A stretch of DNA of 64,000 bases from Methanocorpusculum sp. (GTDB taxonomy: Archaea; Halobacteriota; Methanomicrobia; Methanomicrobiales; Methanocorpusculaceae). Position numbers and translations under genes: made by a program. The stretch is taken from positions 23,063 to 87,062 of the forward strand of contig DALTYD010000001.1 of assembly GCA_029986255.1 (NCBI GenBank), written 5' to 3'. Numbering within the stretch: the stretch's first letter is position 1; each line of letters begins with the position of its first letter. Below are positions 41,162-51,588 of this stretch, piece after piece. The notes beneath the pieces are model-generated. The model saw only the letters and a program-made list of their open reading frames with translations. It did not search any database and was not told where the DNA came from.

Positions 41162-42445
41162 TTACAGGTCACTCTTCCTGATATTGTTTCGGCGAGTTAC
41201 TAGTTCCATGCCAGCATTTACATCATCTTTGTTGATCTCTTTTTTGCCTGCAAGAAGGGCTGAGATGATTGCTTCTGTCATCATCATCCGGAGATCTGCT
41301 CCTGAAAATCCATCCGTTTGCTCCGCCATGGTGGTAAAATTTATATTACATGGAATCCCCGATGCGACGTGTTGGAGGATTTTTTCACGCATGGATCTGT
41401 TTGGTAGGGTAAAGGTAATGATCTCATCAAACCTCCTCCAGGCTGCTTCATCTAGCATTTTTGCATGATTTGTTGCACCGATGAGAAGCACCCTGTCTTT
41501 TATCAGATTTATATGGTCGATGCTTTTGAGGAGTGTGTTTACCGCCCTTTTCATTGTGCCATTGTCATCAGAGATGCGTGTCTTTGCAATATAGTCAAAT
41601 TCATCTATAAAAAGGATGCAGGGTGCAATTTTTTTGGCAATATCAAATATTCTGTCGATATTTTTTGCAGTCTCACCTAAGTATTGGGAGGTCAACATGG
41701 ATAATCTGACCTCCAGGACTGGCATGTGTACTGCGTGAGAGAGTGCCAGTGCAAAGGAAGTTTTTCCAGTTCCAGGTGGTCCTACGAGTAGAATTCTTCC
41801 CAGTTCGTAAATTCTATGGTTGTGCAGGAATTCCTGGTTTTCTAGAGCTATTTGTACTTTTCGGACAATCGCCAGTTGTTCTTGTGTACATACGAGATCA
41901 TTCAAGGAGAACTCTATCTCTTCGGGTGCATATGCGACTATCAGATCAACTGCTTCACGGTAGATCTCAGATTGTGCGATAAGTTTTCCTATTTTTCCTG
42001 TAAGGAATGCCACTGTGTCTTCAAAGAGTGGAACTTTTTCCTTTGCTTTTTTGTAGGAAATGTTTGTTTCCCCTGCAGTCTCCAGGGCGAGGGATAATGC
42101 AGGGTTTTTTAGAACTGTATCCACTCCTGCATGACGCAAGTACCATTTTGCTGCAGGTACAAATGTGGTTACAGCCAATTGTCCGAGGTCATTTATCACA
42201 AGATAGGTGTTTTTTTCATTGGAAATGAGATTGCGTGTGTCAAGGTCGGGGAAGTAAGTCTTTAGTTGTTCTTCCTTAATGATTATTGGTCGTGAAATGA
42301 TTCCTGGAATGTCTGGGCAAAAGAGGGAACGCAGTGATACGGGGAGATCATTTATTTCAATCCCAGGGTTTCCATTTACCATTTCTGCTGTTAGGACAAT
42401 CTCTGTTAGCTGCAGCAGTTTGGATTCTGTCGCACGTACATCCAT
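41162..42445 (-). CDS. AAA+ ATPase with uncharacterised N-terminal domain
   Basis: GPPGTGKT Walker A, FIDEFD Walker B, ATNH..LDEAAWRRF, GFSGADL. Confidence 0.92.
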   Translation of the reverse strand: MDVRATESKLLQLTEIVLTAEMVNGNPGIEINDLPVSLRSLFCPDIPGIISRPIIIKEEQLKTYFPDLDTRNLISNEKNTYLVINDLGQLAVTTFVPAAKWYLRHAGVDTVLKNPALSLALETAGETNISYKKAKEKVPLFEDTVAFLTGKIGKLIAQSEIYREAVDLIVAYAPEEIEFSLNDLVCTQEQLAIVRKVQIALENQEFLHNHRIYELGRILLVGPPGTGKTSFALALSHAVHMPVLEVRLSMLTSQYLGETAKNIDRIFDIAKKIAPCILFIDEFDYIAKTRISDDNGTMKRAVNTLLKSIDHINLIKDRVLLIGATNHAKMLDEAAWRRFDEIITFTLPNRSMREKILQHVASGIPCNINFTTMAEQTDGFSGADLRMMMTEAIISALLAGKKEINKDDVNAGMELVTRRNNIRKSDL

Positions 42446-43107
42446 CTGTCTTCTTTATATCTATTGGTGAAAAACAGCATAAGAGTTTTGTGACAAGTAG
42501 TATTATTATATCTTAGTTCATTTACTCACTATATCCCATCATTTATTGAATTTTAGTCTGATTTTGCATGGTTCCAATGTGACTCACACTGGAAATTTTT
42601 CTGAGTTCGATTGGGTGCTTAGGTATAATTGTGACTCGTCTGGAACATTTTTGTATACTTTTTCTGTCTTTCCGCAATTTGAATTTCCTTGCTAATGAGG
42701 TGTTCCATTTTTGAATTTCTGTTCTGCTTTGAGATCGTTCATGTAAGCATTGAGTGTGTATGCGTTTTGTTTGGAAACTTTACAAAGAATCTTCCTTTCA
42801 GAAACTGTTTGAGAATTTTTGTTCGCATGGTCTGTTTCATTCTAGCATTGAGGTGTCTTGTAGGGATAATCTCTGCAGGTTCCACAGGTGAAAGAATTTC
42901 GTTTGTTTTATTTCTCTCCCAGAGTACTTCAGTCTCTCAAACAAATAGCACTATGATTAATGTTTCCATCTCGTTCATATAATTTATGTTAACCTACTCT
43001 TCATTTTACTTTGAGATATTTGACGTTTTTTATCTATGATGAGCGTTTATTCAGTATTCTCTATGTGTATACGCTCATCTCCTGCATAATGGTTGGCGTA
43101 GGCATTC

Positions 43108-43746
43108 TCAAACCATTCTCTTTCCATTGCGTGTGATATTCACCCTACCATTCTCTACTGATAGAGTAAAGTTGTGTTCATATAGCCATTCCCGGGATTT
43201 ACCATGACCATGAATCATCAGTTCCACGAGATCAGATGGTTCATCCACATCTGTTGACATTCGCATGGAATCTATGATTTCGACTGTGAGACCAAGTTCT
43301 TCTGAGATCTGCAAATGGCGGAGGTATGAGAATCCATAATACTCCACGTGAAAGATTTCTGGATGCTTAACGAAGATAACATTCGTGCCACCGCCGAGTC
43401 CTGGTACAATTGCCACATCTGCTTTGGTGGAAAGAACTCTCTGGAGACTTCTGGATGTGGTCATTGGCAAATCGGACATGATGATGAGCGCTGGGCAGTG
43501 GAATTGTGGAAGTGCCCAGTTAATTGCTTCATTTAGCCCGTCTTTACGAATTGAAACCAGTGCTTCGTTGCAGGTATATTTGGAGGTGCAAAGGAGAGTT
43601 ACTGTGCACCCTGTTCTACGAACTGCAGCGATGACATCTCCAAGCATTACCTCTGCAAACTCTTCGCGTTCCTGTTGTGTCATGACTGCTGCAAGACGAG
43701 TTTTGGGATTGACTGGTTTAAATGGGATCAAAGCGTGGAAGTACAT
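43108..43746 (-). CDS. cofC: 2-phospho-L-lactate guanylyltransferase (F420 biosynthesis)
   Basis: IPFKPVNPKTRL, MSDLP, GGGTN, DVDEPSDL; start taken at MYFHA. Confidence 0.93.
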   Translation of the reverse strand: MYFHALIPFKPVNPKTRLAAVMTQQEREEFAEVMLGDVIAAVRRTGCTVTLLCTSKYTCNEALVSIRKDGLNEAINWALPQFHCPALIIMSDLPMTTSRSLQRVLSTKADVAIVPGLGGGTNVIFVKHPEIFHVEYYGFSYLRHLQISEELGLTVEIIDSMRMSTDVDEPSDLVELMIHGHGKSREWLYEHNFTLSVENGRVNITRNGKRMV

Positions 43747-43773
43747 ATCATCTTTATTTTTGGCATGATTGCA

Positions 43774-43807
43774 TTTTAATGTGGGGATTGTTTTAATGTG
43801 GGGATTG
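43774..43807. repeat. Perfect 17-bp tandem duplication
   Basis: TTTTAATGTGGGGATTG at 43774-43790 and 43791-43807. Confidence 0.9.
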
Positions 43808-44279
43808 GTTGGGTACTTTCTCTTTATTGTTGAGCCTCTATTCTGGGAAAGAACTTGCATGGAATGTTTTTATATGTTTTTTTTCTGAAAATCAGAGGTA
43901 TACTCTTTTAGATTTTTTAAACATCACGAATGTTATCTCTTTTGAGAATTCTCTCCTATAAGCAGTTCTACTACTTCTCCAACTATTAATCTGCATTATT
44001 TTGATTGTAATTATCTGTTGTCTTAGCAATTTTCTGAAACTTCAAAGCTCTACTGTCATTTTATCTCTCCCTCTTGTTTGTTCAATTACGGTCTTTCTAA
44101 CCCAGCATTTTACATCAGTATCTCATGCTATCTCTGTGACAAAATTCCATTTTCGGAAACCATATATTTCAGCATAGCCTCGTTAATTCAAAAACTAGGT
44201 ATATCTCATCCGCATTATGGGTGCCCCCTGTGTGATCAACTCCTTTATCGTTTTGAGCCAATCTTAAAAAAATAGATAT

Positions 44280-44540
44280 TTAGAGCATTCGATTTAGAGA
44301 CTCAATTTCTGCTCGTTCAATGCCTGTGATTCCTACAAAAAGGTTCTCAATTTTATCGCCGGAACCTTCATCATCCTCCGTGGTCATAGCAATTTTGATT
44401 GCAGAGAGGCCAAATCCAATTGGTTCCACTCTCATATCTTGAATACCAGGGACTTTCTCTCTGATTTCTACCTGAAGTTTTTCCATATCAACATCTGGAG
44501 ATTCAGGCATTATCTTTAAAATAACTGCAACTTCACCCAT
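44280..44540 (-). CDS. ef1b: Elongation factor 1-beta
   Basis: MGEVAVILKIMPESP...EPIGFGL. Confidence 0.96.
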   Translation of the reverse strand: MGEVAVILKIMPESPDVDMEKLQVEIREKVPGIQDMRVEPIGFGLSAIKIAMTTEDDEGSGDKIENLFVGITGIERAEIESLNRML

Positions 44541-44549
44541 TTTACTTCC

Positions 44550-44711
44550 TCATGGTCCTTGAAATCCACATTTCGGACAGGTGTATTTTATGCTCTGTTT
44601 GCGACAGTATGAACAACGGTAGATTACTTCCCCGCAGTCTGGACATTTGAACTCGGTGGCCCCACGTTCAGCAAGTGGGGCATTGCATGACGTACATTTC
44701 GTAGTTGCCAT
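44550..44711 (-). CDS. Small Zn-ribbon protein (DUF1610/HVO_2753-like)
   Basis: Manual translation: MATTKCTSCNAPLAERGATEFKCPDCGEVIYRCSYCRKQSIKYTCPKCGFQGP*; four CxxC motifs; usual position upstream of EF-1beta. Confidence 0.93.
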   Translation of the reverse strand: MATTKCTSCNAPLAERGATEFKCPDCGEVIYRCSYCRKQSIKYTCPKCGFQGP

Positions 44712-45112
44712 TCAATCAAACTCTCCAATTAATTGGTTCTCTACAATTATAAACGTGTGGCCTCCATTTATATCGTTCCAGTCTTTTGGATTATAATTCA
44801 GATCTAGTTTTCTGTGAATGGTATCTACTCTTTTATTTTTTATTTTAATGCTGAATATTCATATAAATTGGATATTTTAAAAATATTTTTTGAAAAATCA
44901 GGGTGTGTATTTAATGATTTTTCTTAGAGTGTAATTAGGTTCTCTCCAACATAATCTGTATCTTTTGATTCCTTCTTTAAAATAATATATTTTTTAACAC
45001 TCATTAATATGATTGTACTGATGAAATCATTTTTGTCTGCTCTCTCAATATTTGATTGATGTACTGGATCCTGATATTTAAAACTTAACGCATAGATACA
45101 TATTAAATTGAT

Positions 45113-45631
45113 ATGGCGTCGATACTTATCACCTGTTATAGTCGTACTGGTAAAACAAAATTGCTTGCTGAGGCTATTGGTCGTGGTGCGGCAGAGATTC
45201 CTGGAATAAAGGTAGATGTACTAGCCTTTAATCGTATAACGGCTAGTGATTTTGTTCGATATGATGGTATTATTCTTGGTTCTCCTGTATATTTCGGAGG
45301 AGTGGCTTCTGAATTCAAAGAATTGATCGATGATACAACCTTCATTCGTGGTCGACTCTGTGGAAAGGTTGGTGCAGCATTTACTACCGCTGGAGATCGT
45401 ACTGGAGGCAAAGAAACGGCAATTCTTTCAATTGTCCAAGCAATGCTAATTCATGGAATGATTGTAGTTGGTGATCCAATTTCTAATTCAGAAGGGAACG
45501 ATGAACATTCAGGTGGTCACTATGGACTTGCAGCTGACGGCCAATTACATGAAACAGATCTAGAACATGGAGTTAACTTTGGTCGGCATGTGGCGACGGT
45601 TGTTGCTCGCATGGTTAACACCACTGAATGA
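45113..45631 (+). CDS. Flavodoxin-like NAD(P)H-dependent oxidoreductase (WrbA family)
   Basis: YSRTGKT, GSPVYFG, GKVGAAF, GGKET. Confidence 0.88.
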   Translation: MASILITCYSRTGKTKLLAEAIGRGAAEIPGIKVDVLAFNRITASDFVRYDGIILGSPVYFGGVASEFKELIDDTTFIRGRLCGKVGAAFTTAGDRTGGKETAILSIVQAMLIHGMIVVGDPISNSEGNDEHSGGHYGLAADGQLHETDLEHGVNFGRHVATVVARMVNTTE

Positions 45632-45826
45632 CTATCCTTTTTTGAAAACAGCAGTCTTTCTTACATTAAAATAATATTTTTCGATATTTTTTAATAATGA
45701 TTTTGTGATATATCTCTTATACCTTATAAATAATATATATATTTTTGGAAACATATACGCAAAATACATTTGCTCTATTGGAGAAAAAGGCTATCTCTCA
45801 TCGTTTCAGATAATATAATATTATTC

Positions 45827-46747
45827 ATGGGATTTTTTGATCGGATTACAAAAGCAAGTGCAAACAAAAATGCAGGAATTGCAGCTCGAAAATATAGTGA
45901 GGCTCTCTCATATATACAGTATAATCGGTACAACGATGCACTTTTGTGCCTTGACGAATCTCTTGCCATCGATCCGTCCAACGCACCTGCGTGGAACGAT
46001 AAGGGACGCCTTCTTGCCCTTCAAGGTAAACAAGCTGAATCCATGTTGTGCTATGACAAAGCAATCAAACTCCGACCACATACTGCCGTTTATTATCACA
46101 ACAAAGGCGACACTCTTGCGTTTTTTGGTGAGATTGCATCTGCTGATCAATGTTTTCTCAAAGCGCTTCGATGTGATCCTGATAATATAATATATCTGAC
46201 CAGTCACGCGATGATGCTCTTAAAAATGGGAAACTACAAAGAAGCAGATAATATTATGTTTGGTATATGCAAATCGGAACCTCTTGTACCGGAACATTGG
46301 TTCAATCGAGCAACCATACTTCATGATGCAGGCAAGCTCGAAGATGCCATTGCATGCTACTTAGTCGTTATCAATATTGCACCAGGACATGCAATCAGTT
46401 ATTTCAACTGTGGGAATGCACTTCGCGTTCTTGGAAAATATGAAGAAGCTATTGCTAAATATGATTTTGCCCTTAAATACGATTGTAATCTGATTGGTGC
46501 CATGAACAACAAAGGGCTTGCTCTCAGTTGTTTGGGAAAGCATCGTGAAGCGTATGATTGCTTCTGCCATGCTTTAATTACATTGCCCCAATCTCCGGAT
46601 CTCTGGTACAACAAAGGTTATGAACTTTTACAACTTGCCGAATTCAGCGATGCAGTTGCTGCATTTCATACAGCTCTCTCTTTATGTAATTCCACAGATA
46701 TAGAATTAAAACGACGAATTGTTGCTGAAATAGAAAAAATTATCTAG
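45827..46747 (+). CDS. Tetratricopeptide-repeat protein
   Basis: Repeated W.NKG..L...G...EA..CYD.A...P units; start taken at MGFFD. Confidence 0.9.
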   Translation: MGFFDRITKASANKNAGIAARKYSEALSYIQYNRYNDALLCLDESLAIDPSNAPAWNDKGRLLALQGKQAESMLCYDKAIKLRPHTAVYYHNKGDTLAFFGEIASADQCFLKALRCDPDNIIYLTSHAMMLLKMGNYKEADNIMFGICKSEPLVPEHWFNRATILHDAGKLEDAIACYLVVINIAPGHAISYFNCGNALRVLGKYEEAIAKYDFALKYDCNLIGAMNNKGLALSCLGKHREAYDCFCHALITLPQSPDLWYNKGYELLQLAEFSDAVAAFHTALSLCNSTDIELKRRIVAEIEKII

Positions 46748-46764
46748 CAAAATATTTTTGAAGT

Positions 46765-47070
46765 TCAGCTAATATTATCAATACTGTATCCACGTGTGGT
46801 TAGCAGTTCCTTTACTCTGTCTCGGTGATTTCCTTGAAGTTCAATAGAATTTTCTTTCACAGTACCACCGCAAGCAAGCCTACCTTTTAAGAACTTGGAG
46901 AGATCTTCGAGATCTATTTCATAAGGATCTAGGCCATCTACAACGGTCACCTCTTTTCCATATCGTCTCTTGCTTACTTTCACACTAATTCTTTGCTGTT
47001 CCTTTGCGACTTCTTCACAAATACAGAGTTCTTTTGGTAAACCACATTTCGGGCAGATGCCACTATTCAT
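46765..47070 (-). CDS. Translation initiation factor aIF-1 (SUI1/YciH family)
   Basis: [34 protein letters not shown]; start taken at MNSGI. Confidence 0.96.
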   Translation of the reverse strand: MNSGICPKCGLPKELCICEEVAKEQQRISVKVSKRRYGKEVTVVDGLDPYEIDLEDLSKFLKGRLACGGTVKENSIELQGNHRDRVKELLTTRGYSIDNIS

Positions 47071-47263
47071 TGCAATATTTAATGGTGCCTGTGAGTTAAA
47101 ATAGATATTGGCCATGAAGGTATCGTTCATAGATTCCTTTTTTAATTGATGTATGATCGCCATTGCTTTCATTTTATAGGTTTCCTTGCTTGGAGATAAA
47201 AAAAACTGCATCTGATTATGGGATAGTAGATCGATTGAATCCTTTCCTGAGTCAATTTACGAA

Positions 47264-47899
47264 TCATCCATGATAATTGTAAAAGTAGTTTTCTAGTTTC
47301 TCCTCCCATTCTACAATCTCCCGTTGATTTCGGGTGAGAACGAGATCCCGTTCACGACTCTGTGTTGCAGGGCAGAATCTGCAAAGTGCCTCATCCACCT
47401 CTCCCTGTACAGTTCGCACTGGACAGTAGTATACGCCCTCATGTAGTTCCACAGCGAATCCACCGGGGAATGGTGTTCCCACTGGATGGGCAGGTTCATT
47501 CATAATATACATATTATATGCGGCAATTAGATACTTGAGTCCGGTAAGTCGCTTTCCGTGGGCATGCACACAAGCAAATCGCGTAAACTCTTTCCAGGAC
47601 CTGGGTAGACGGATATTTGCATGAACTGTTTCCAGTTTTGTTGTCATCATACGATGATATCCATCAACAATCTGAACTCGAGCCGAAGAAAGAAGAGTTA
47701 CTGCATACTCTTTTTTTACATGTACCAATTTTTTACTGTACCTTACCAACATCTCTTCCAGATCCTCAGGAGTAAACTGTGTACCCCTGGATTTTAATTC
47801 CACCAGAAGTTCACCTTTCCGCGAAAGGTGTGCAAGTGCAGGCCAGTCAATATCTTCAGCAACATCCATAGTTGTTTTGGTTCGATTCCAAAATCCCAT
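47264..47899 (-). CDS. DUF2115 (UPF0305) family protein
   Basis: HPVGTPFPGG..V......YYCPVR......ALCRFCPA. Confidence 0.88.
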   Translation of the reverse strand: MGFWNRTKTTMDVAEDIDWPALAHLSRKGELLVELKSRGTQFTPEDLEEMLVRYSKKLVHVKKEYAVTLLSSARVQIVDGYHRMMTTKLETVHANIRLPRSWKEFTRFACVHAHGKRLTGLKYLIAAYNMYIMNEPAHPVGTPFPGGFAVELHEGVYYCPVRTVQGEVDEALCRFCPATQSRERDLVLTRNQREIVEWEEKLENYFYNYHG

Positions 47900-48823
47900 T
47901 CATACCACTCGTTTTATGTTTAGATTTATGCGATTGTGTGCTGTCTCTACCCCCATTATCATCACTCGGACATGATCACCCACCAGAATCACTTTGGATG
48001 GATGTGTAATAAATCGATTGGTAAGCTCGCTGATGTGCCCCAATCCATCTTGATGTACACCCACATCTTCGAATGCTCCAAACGCAGTACCGTTAGTGAC
48101 AATCCCCGGTAGTACCTTTCTATCTTTCAGTTCAACGATTTTCTGCACAGTTGGATCAAAGGTGATATCTTTCTTTCCTTCACACCGAATATCTCGTCCT
48201 GGATTTTTTAACTCATCAATAATGTCAGTGATGATCTCTAGGCCACAGTTCCCACCCACATATATCTCTGGTTTAATCTTTTTCACAAGTTCTCTATTTC
48301 CGACAAGACGTTCAATGGAGATACTGAGATAATCTGCCATTTTTCCCACAGTGGAATAACGTTCGGGACGTATGCCTGTCTTATCCAGTAGATTGTTTCC
48401 TTTACAAATACGAAGGAATCCTGCTGCATGTTCAAAAATTTTATGGTCGACATAAGAAACATTCAACAATTCCTTTCGGTTTGTGAATGGGCCATTTGTG
48501 AGACGGTACGCAACTATCTTTTCAGAAAGGGTTGGTCCTATATCCGATATGTTGGGCAGTAGTGATGGACTCGCTGTATTGAGATCTACACCTACAGTAT
48601 TTACTGTTTGTTCAGTTACCTCGGCAAGTTTTGTGGCCAGTCGCTTTTGGTCTACATCGTGCTGATATTGACCTATATCTTTATGATAACGGGCAATAAA
48701 AGGAATGGTTGCTCCACTGCTGAATAATAATGTAACTGCAGTAACTGCTCTTTCTGGAAGGAAAAGAGATTCAGCAACTTTGCGGAAGATGTGGGTTGAG
48801 CTATAGCTTGTAGGGAGGATCAT
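47900..48823 (-). pseudogene. tex: Tex-family protein with large in-frame internal deletion (probable pseudogene)
   Basis: Tex N-terminal motif GATIPFIARY joined directly to GQYQHDV, then VGVDLNTAS HhH and S1 domain; 307 aa versus roughly 700+ for full Tex. Confidence 0.82.
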
Positions 48824-49141
48824 ATATTATATGTTATTAATACTTTCATGGGGTGTAGGATAAATCTGCCTCTTTCAGACGTTCATGGAGTTTTCATGGT
48901 AAAATATTCACTTGCGGACTGTTGTTTGGTTCCGTCTCAGTTTCATTTATACTGTGAAATTATGGAAGAATTTTTACCCTCGTTCGTTCTAGTATCCTCT
49001 ATCAACATTTCCTGCCACTTCTCTCAAGAAATCACGTCCATATTTTTGAATGGGACATATGTGTGCAGTTTTTCAGTTCTTGGAATTGTGACATCTCAAA
49101 AAATTACAAAAAATTGGGAAATTATCAAATTTTTAATCTAA

Positions 49142-50656
49142 TTATGTACACTTATCATTATCTTCTTCAATATTAGTGTTTTTTGAATTTATTGGTTTTG
49201 CGTACTTTTTCCAAATTTGTTCACGGTAGACTGGACCACTATTGTAAGTGCAGAATGGAATCAGACGCCCATCTGGTGTTGTATAATGGATGCAACATCG
49301 TTCAACGCGGTCAGTATCATAGTTGAAACAATCCATAAAGTGCATTGTCCCAATGAACAATGCATTTTTGTGGAATTGGCCAATACTTTTGTAATCGTGT
49401 TTGATTAAGGCGTCGTAGATCATTTTGTTCATATTGATCTTTATACCATCAATTTCATCTTTCTCCACTATTTTTCTCATATTGTTAAGTCCTGTTACCA
49501 TTGCAAGATATCTTCCTGTTTTTCCCGAATTTCGGAATTTTTCTGAGATTTTTGTGATTTCTATCAGAAATTTATTTACATCAATGAACCGGTTTATGGG
49601 TATTAGCTCGTCTTTTTCATTGACAAATCCGTAAGTCGCAGCTCCACAATGCGGATGAGCGCAGAACATAATTTGTTCTTTTCCTGTGTAGGATTCTATC
49701 AGATCACAGATGGCCATCATAGACGGTACTGGATAAAAATCGGATTTCTTTAGTGCCCTATCTGTCTGTTCCTCTATGCGTGTGACAAGATCTGGAATTG
49801 TAACACGCTCTCTCTCCACATCATCATTTTTGGCAGCACCGGTAAATGCTACTGGCTGGAAGTTTATCCCTCTAATTACATCCATGTTTTTTGTTGCAAA
49901 TTTAATTATACTCCCGATTTGGTGATCGTTTTTTCCGTTTATAATGGTCGGAACAAGAACAATTCCAAGTCCTGTTTTTCGGCAGTTTTCGATGGCTGGG
50001 AGGCTAATCTTTTCAAGGAGTGGGTTGGTGTCATTGGTGGTACCATCAAAATGCAAATAGACTGTTGAAAGGCCAGCTGTTCGTAATTCTTTTGCAAGAT
50101 TGGGATTGTGCGCTAGCTTGATACCATTTGATGCCATCTGTACCTGAGAAAATCCAAGCTCTTTTGCCTTCATGATCAGATCCATCAGATCTTCTCTCAT
50201 CGTTGGTTCTCCTCCAGAAAACTGAATTGCTGGGCATGGGACCGGTTTTTCACTTCTGAGTAGTTTAAGCATTGAGACAATTTCGTCAAACGTTGGTTCA
50301 TATATATATCCACATGCTCGAGCATTTGCAAAACAGAAGTCACAGTTTAGGTTACAACGGTTTGTAAGATCAATATTTGCAAGAAGCGTTCCAGATTTGT
50401 GGTGCGCACATAGTCCACAGCGTTGAGTGCACTCGCCTGGTGTATTGGTGTTTGGATTATAGACACCACGTCCTTCACGGTTATATTGTTCAAATCGATG
50501 ATACATATTTGCATCTGACCAGTAAAGGGATCGCAGTTCCCCATGTTTTGGGCAAATTCTGCGGATCCAGATAGCCCCATCCTCTTCAGTAATTGTTGCT
50601 GGAAGCAGACTGTTACAGACCGGACACATACTTTTTGTTTCTTTGATGATTTCCAT
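49142..50656 (-). CDS. tes: Tetraether lipid synthase (radical SAM)
   Basis: N-terminal CPVC..CPKHG, C...CGLC..H, RCNLNCDFC, QFSGGEP, HPHCG, RCCIHY...IPFC. Confidence 0.9.
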   Translation of the reverse strand: MEIIKETKSMCPVCNSLLPATITEEDGAIWIRRICPKHGELRSLYWSDANMYHRFEQYNREGRGVYNPNTNTPGECTQRCGLCAHHKSGTLLANIDLTNRCNLNCDFCFANARACGYIYEPTFDEIVSMLKLLRSEKPVPCPAIQFSGGEPTMREDLMDLIMKAKELGFSQVQMASNGIKLAHNPNLAKELRTAGLSTVYLHFDGTTNDTNPLLEKISLPAIENCRKTGLGIVLVPTIINGKNDHQIGSIIKFATKNMDVIRGINFQPVAFTGAAKNDDVERERVTIPDLVTRIEEQTDRALKKSDFYPVPSMMAICDLIESYTGKEQIMFCAHPHCGAATYGFVNEKDELIPINRFIDVNKFLIEITKISEKFRNSGKTGRYLAMVTGLNNMRKIVEKDEIDGIKINMNKMIYDALIKHDYKSIGQFHKNALFIGTMHFMDCFNYDTDRVERCCIHYTTPDGRLIPFCTYNSGPVYREQIWKKYAKPINSKNTNIEEDNDKCT

Positions 50657-50760
50657 GTTCCCCGAGTATCTCCTTGGGTATTGACGGTTTCTATCGTCAA
50701 AATGTAAGTAATTATTATCTTTCTACTTTCCATTAAATAAACTATGGATCGTGAGTTCAG

Positions 50761-51318
50761 ATGATTGAGGATACTATTCGTGCAATTTTAATGACGTTTG
50801 TTGTGGCATTCTGGATAATGTTGCCTGCTTACGTTGCAAATGCGAGTGCTGTTCCGTGTGGAGGTGGGATCCCAATTGATTTTGGGAAATGTGCAAAAGA
50901 TGGGTGTAGATATCTTGGGGATGGGAAAACCTGGCGTGGATTCATCGGTGGAACTTGTATTGGAGTTCTATTTGGACTCCTACAGATGGATTTTGTTCAG
51001 ACATTCCACTGGTCCTTCTTGCCGCCACATAATCTTATTACAATAACGGTTCTGGCTAGTGGTGCCCTTTTAGGTGATGTGATCAAGAGTTTTTTTAAAC
51101 GCCGCATTGGAAAAGATCGTGGAGAAAAGTGGGTTCTTGCTGATATGTACGATCTGGTCGTGGTTTCTTTTGTACTTCTAGCTGTTTTTGCCAGTTCATG
51201 GATGATGGCCTATATTTCCATATGGATCTTTATTGCAATCTTCATTTTGACTCCATTTCTCCATCGTGGTGCAAATATTATTGGGTATCTAATCGGTATC
51301 AAACATGTTCCCTGGTAA
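50761..51318 (+). CDS. carS: CDP-archaeol synthase
   Basis: PAY.AN, GGG.PIDFG, GDGKTWRG, GD..KSFFKRR, D.YD, K.VPW. Confidence 0.93.
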   Translation: MIEDTIRAILMTFVVAFWIMLPAYVANASAVPCGGGIPIDFGKCAKDGCRYLGDGKTWRGFIGGTCIGVLFGLLQMDFVQTFHWSFLPPHNLITITVLASGALLGDVIKSFFKRRIGKDRGEKWVLADMYDLVVVSFVLLAVFASSWMMAYISIWIFIAIFILTPFLHRGANIIGYLIGIKHVPW

Positions 51319-51588
51319 GCTATCTTCTCTCTTGCAGGATACCAATATTTTTTGAAACTGCTATTTTTAGATCGATGATTTGAGAGATATCCATGAATAA
51401 ATACAGAATCTCCTGATTTCAGAAGTGCATCAATCTCATAAAAATGCGTGGATATTTTTTCTGATTCTCTGCATATCTTTGTTCTCCTTCTCCTTTAGTA
51501 TCTATTCATTTTACGTTCATTCAATTATTATTCTAGTTGTTGCCCATAAAAGTTCATCATCTTTGCGACGAAACATGATGGATAGAAC

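Noticed and set aside
43747..43860. Long N-terminal extensions in the ORF track (cofC, aIF-1, PRC-barrel, Thg1-like, mobB)
   Set aside because: Family-like sequence begins at downstream ATGs, so starts were trimmed accordingly.
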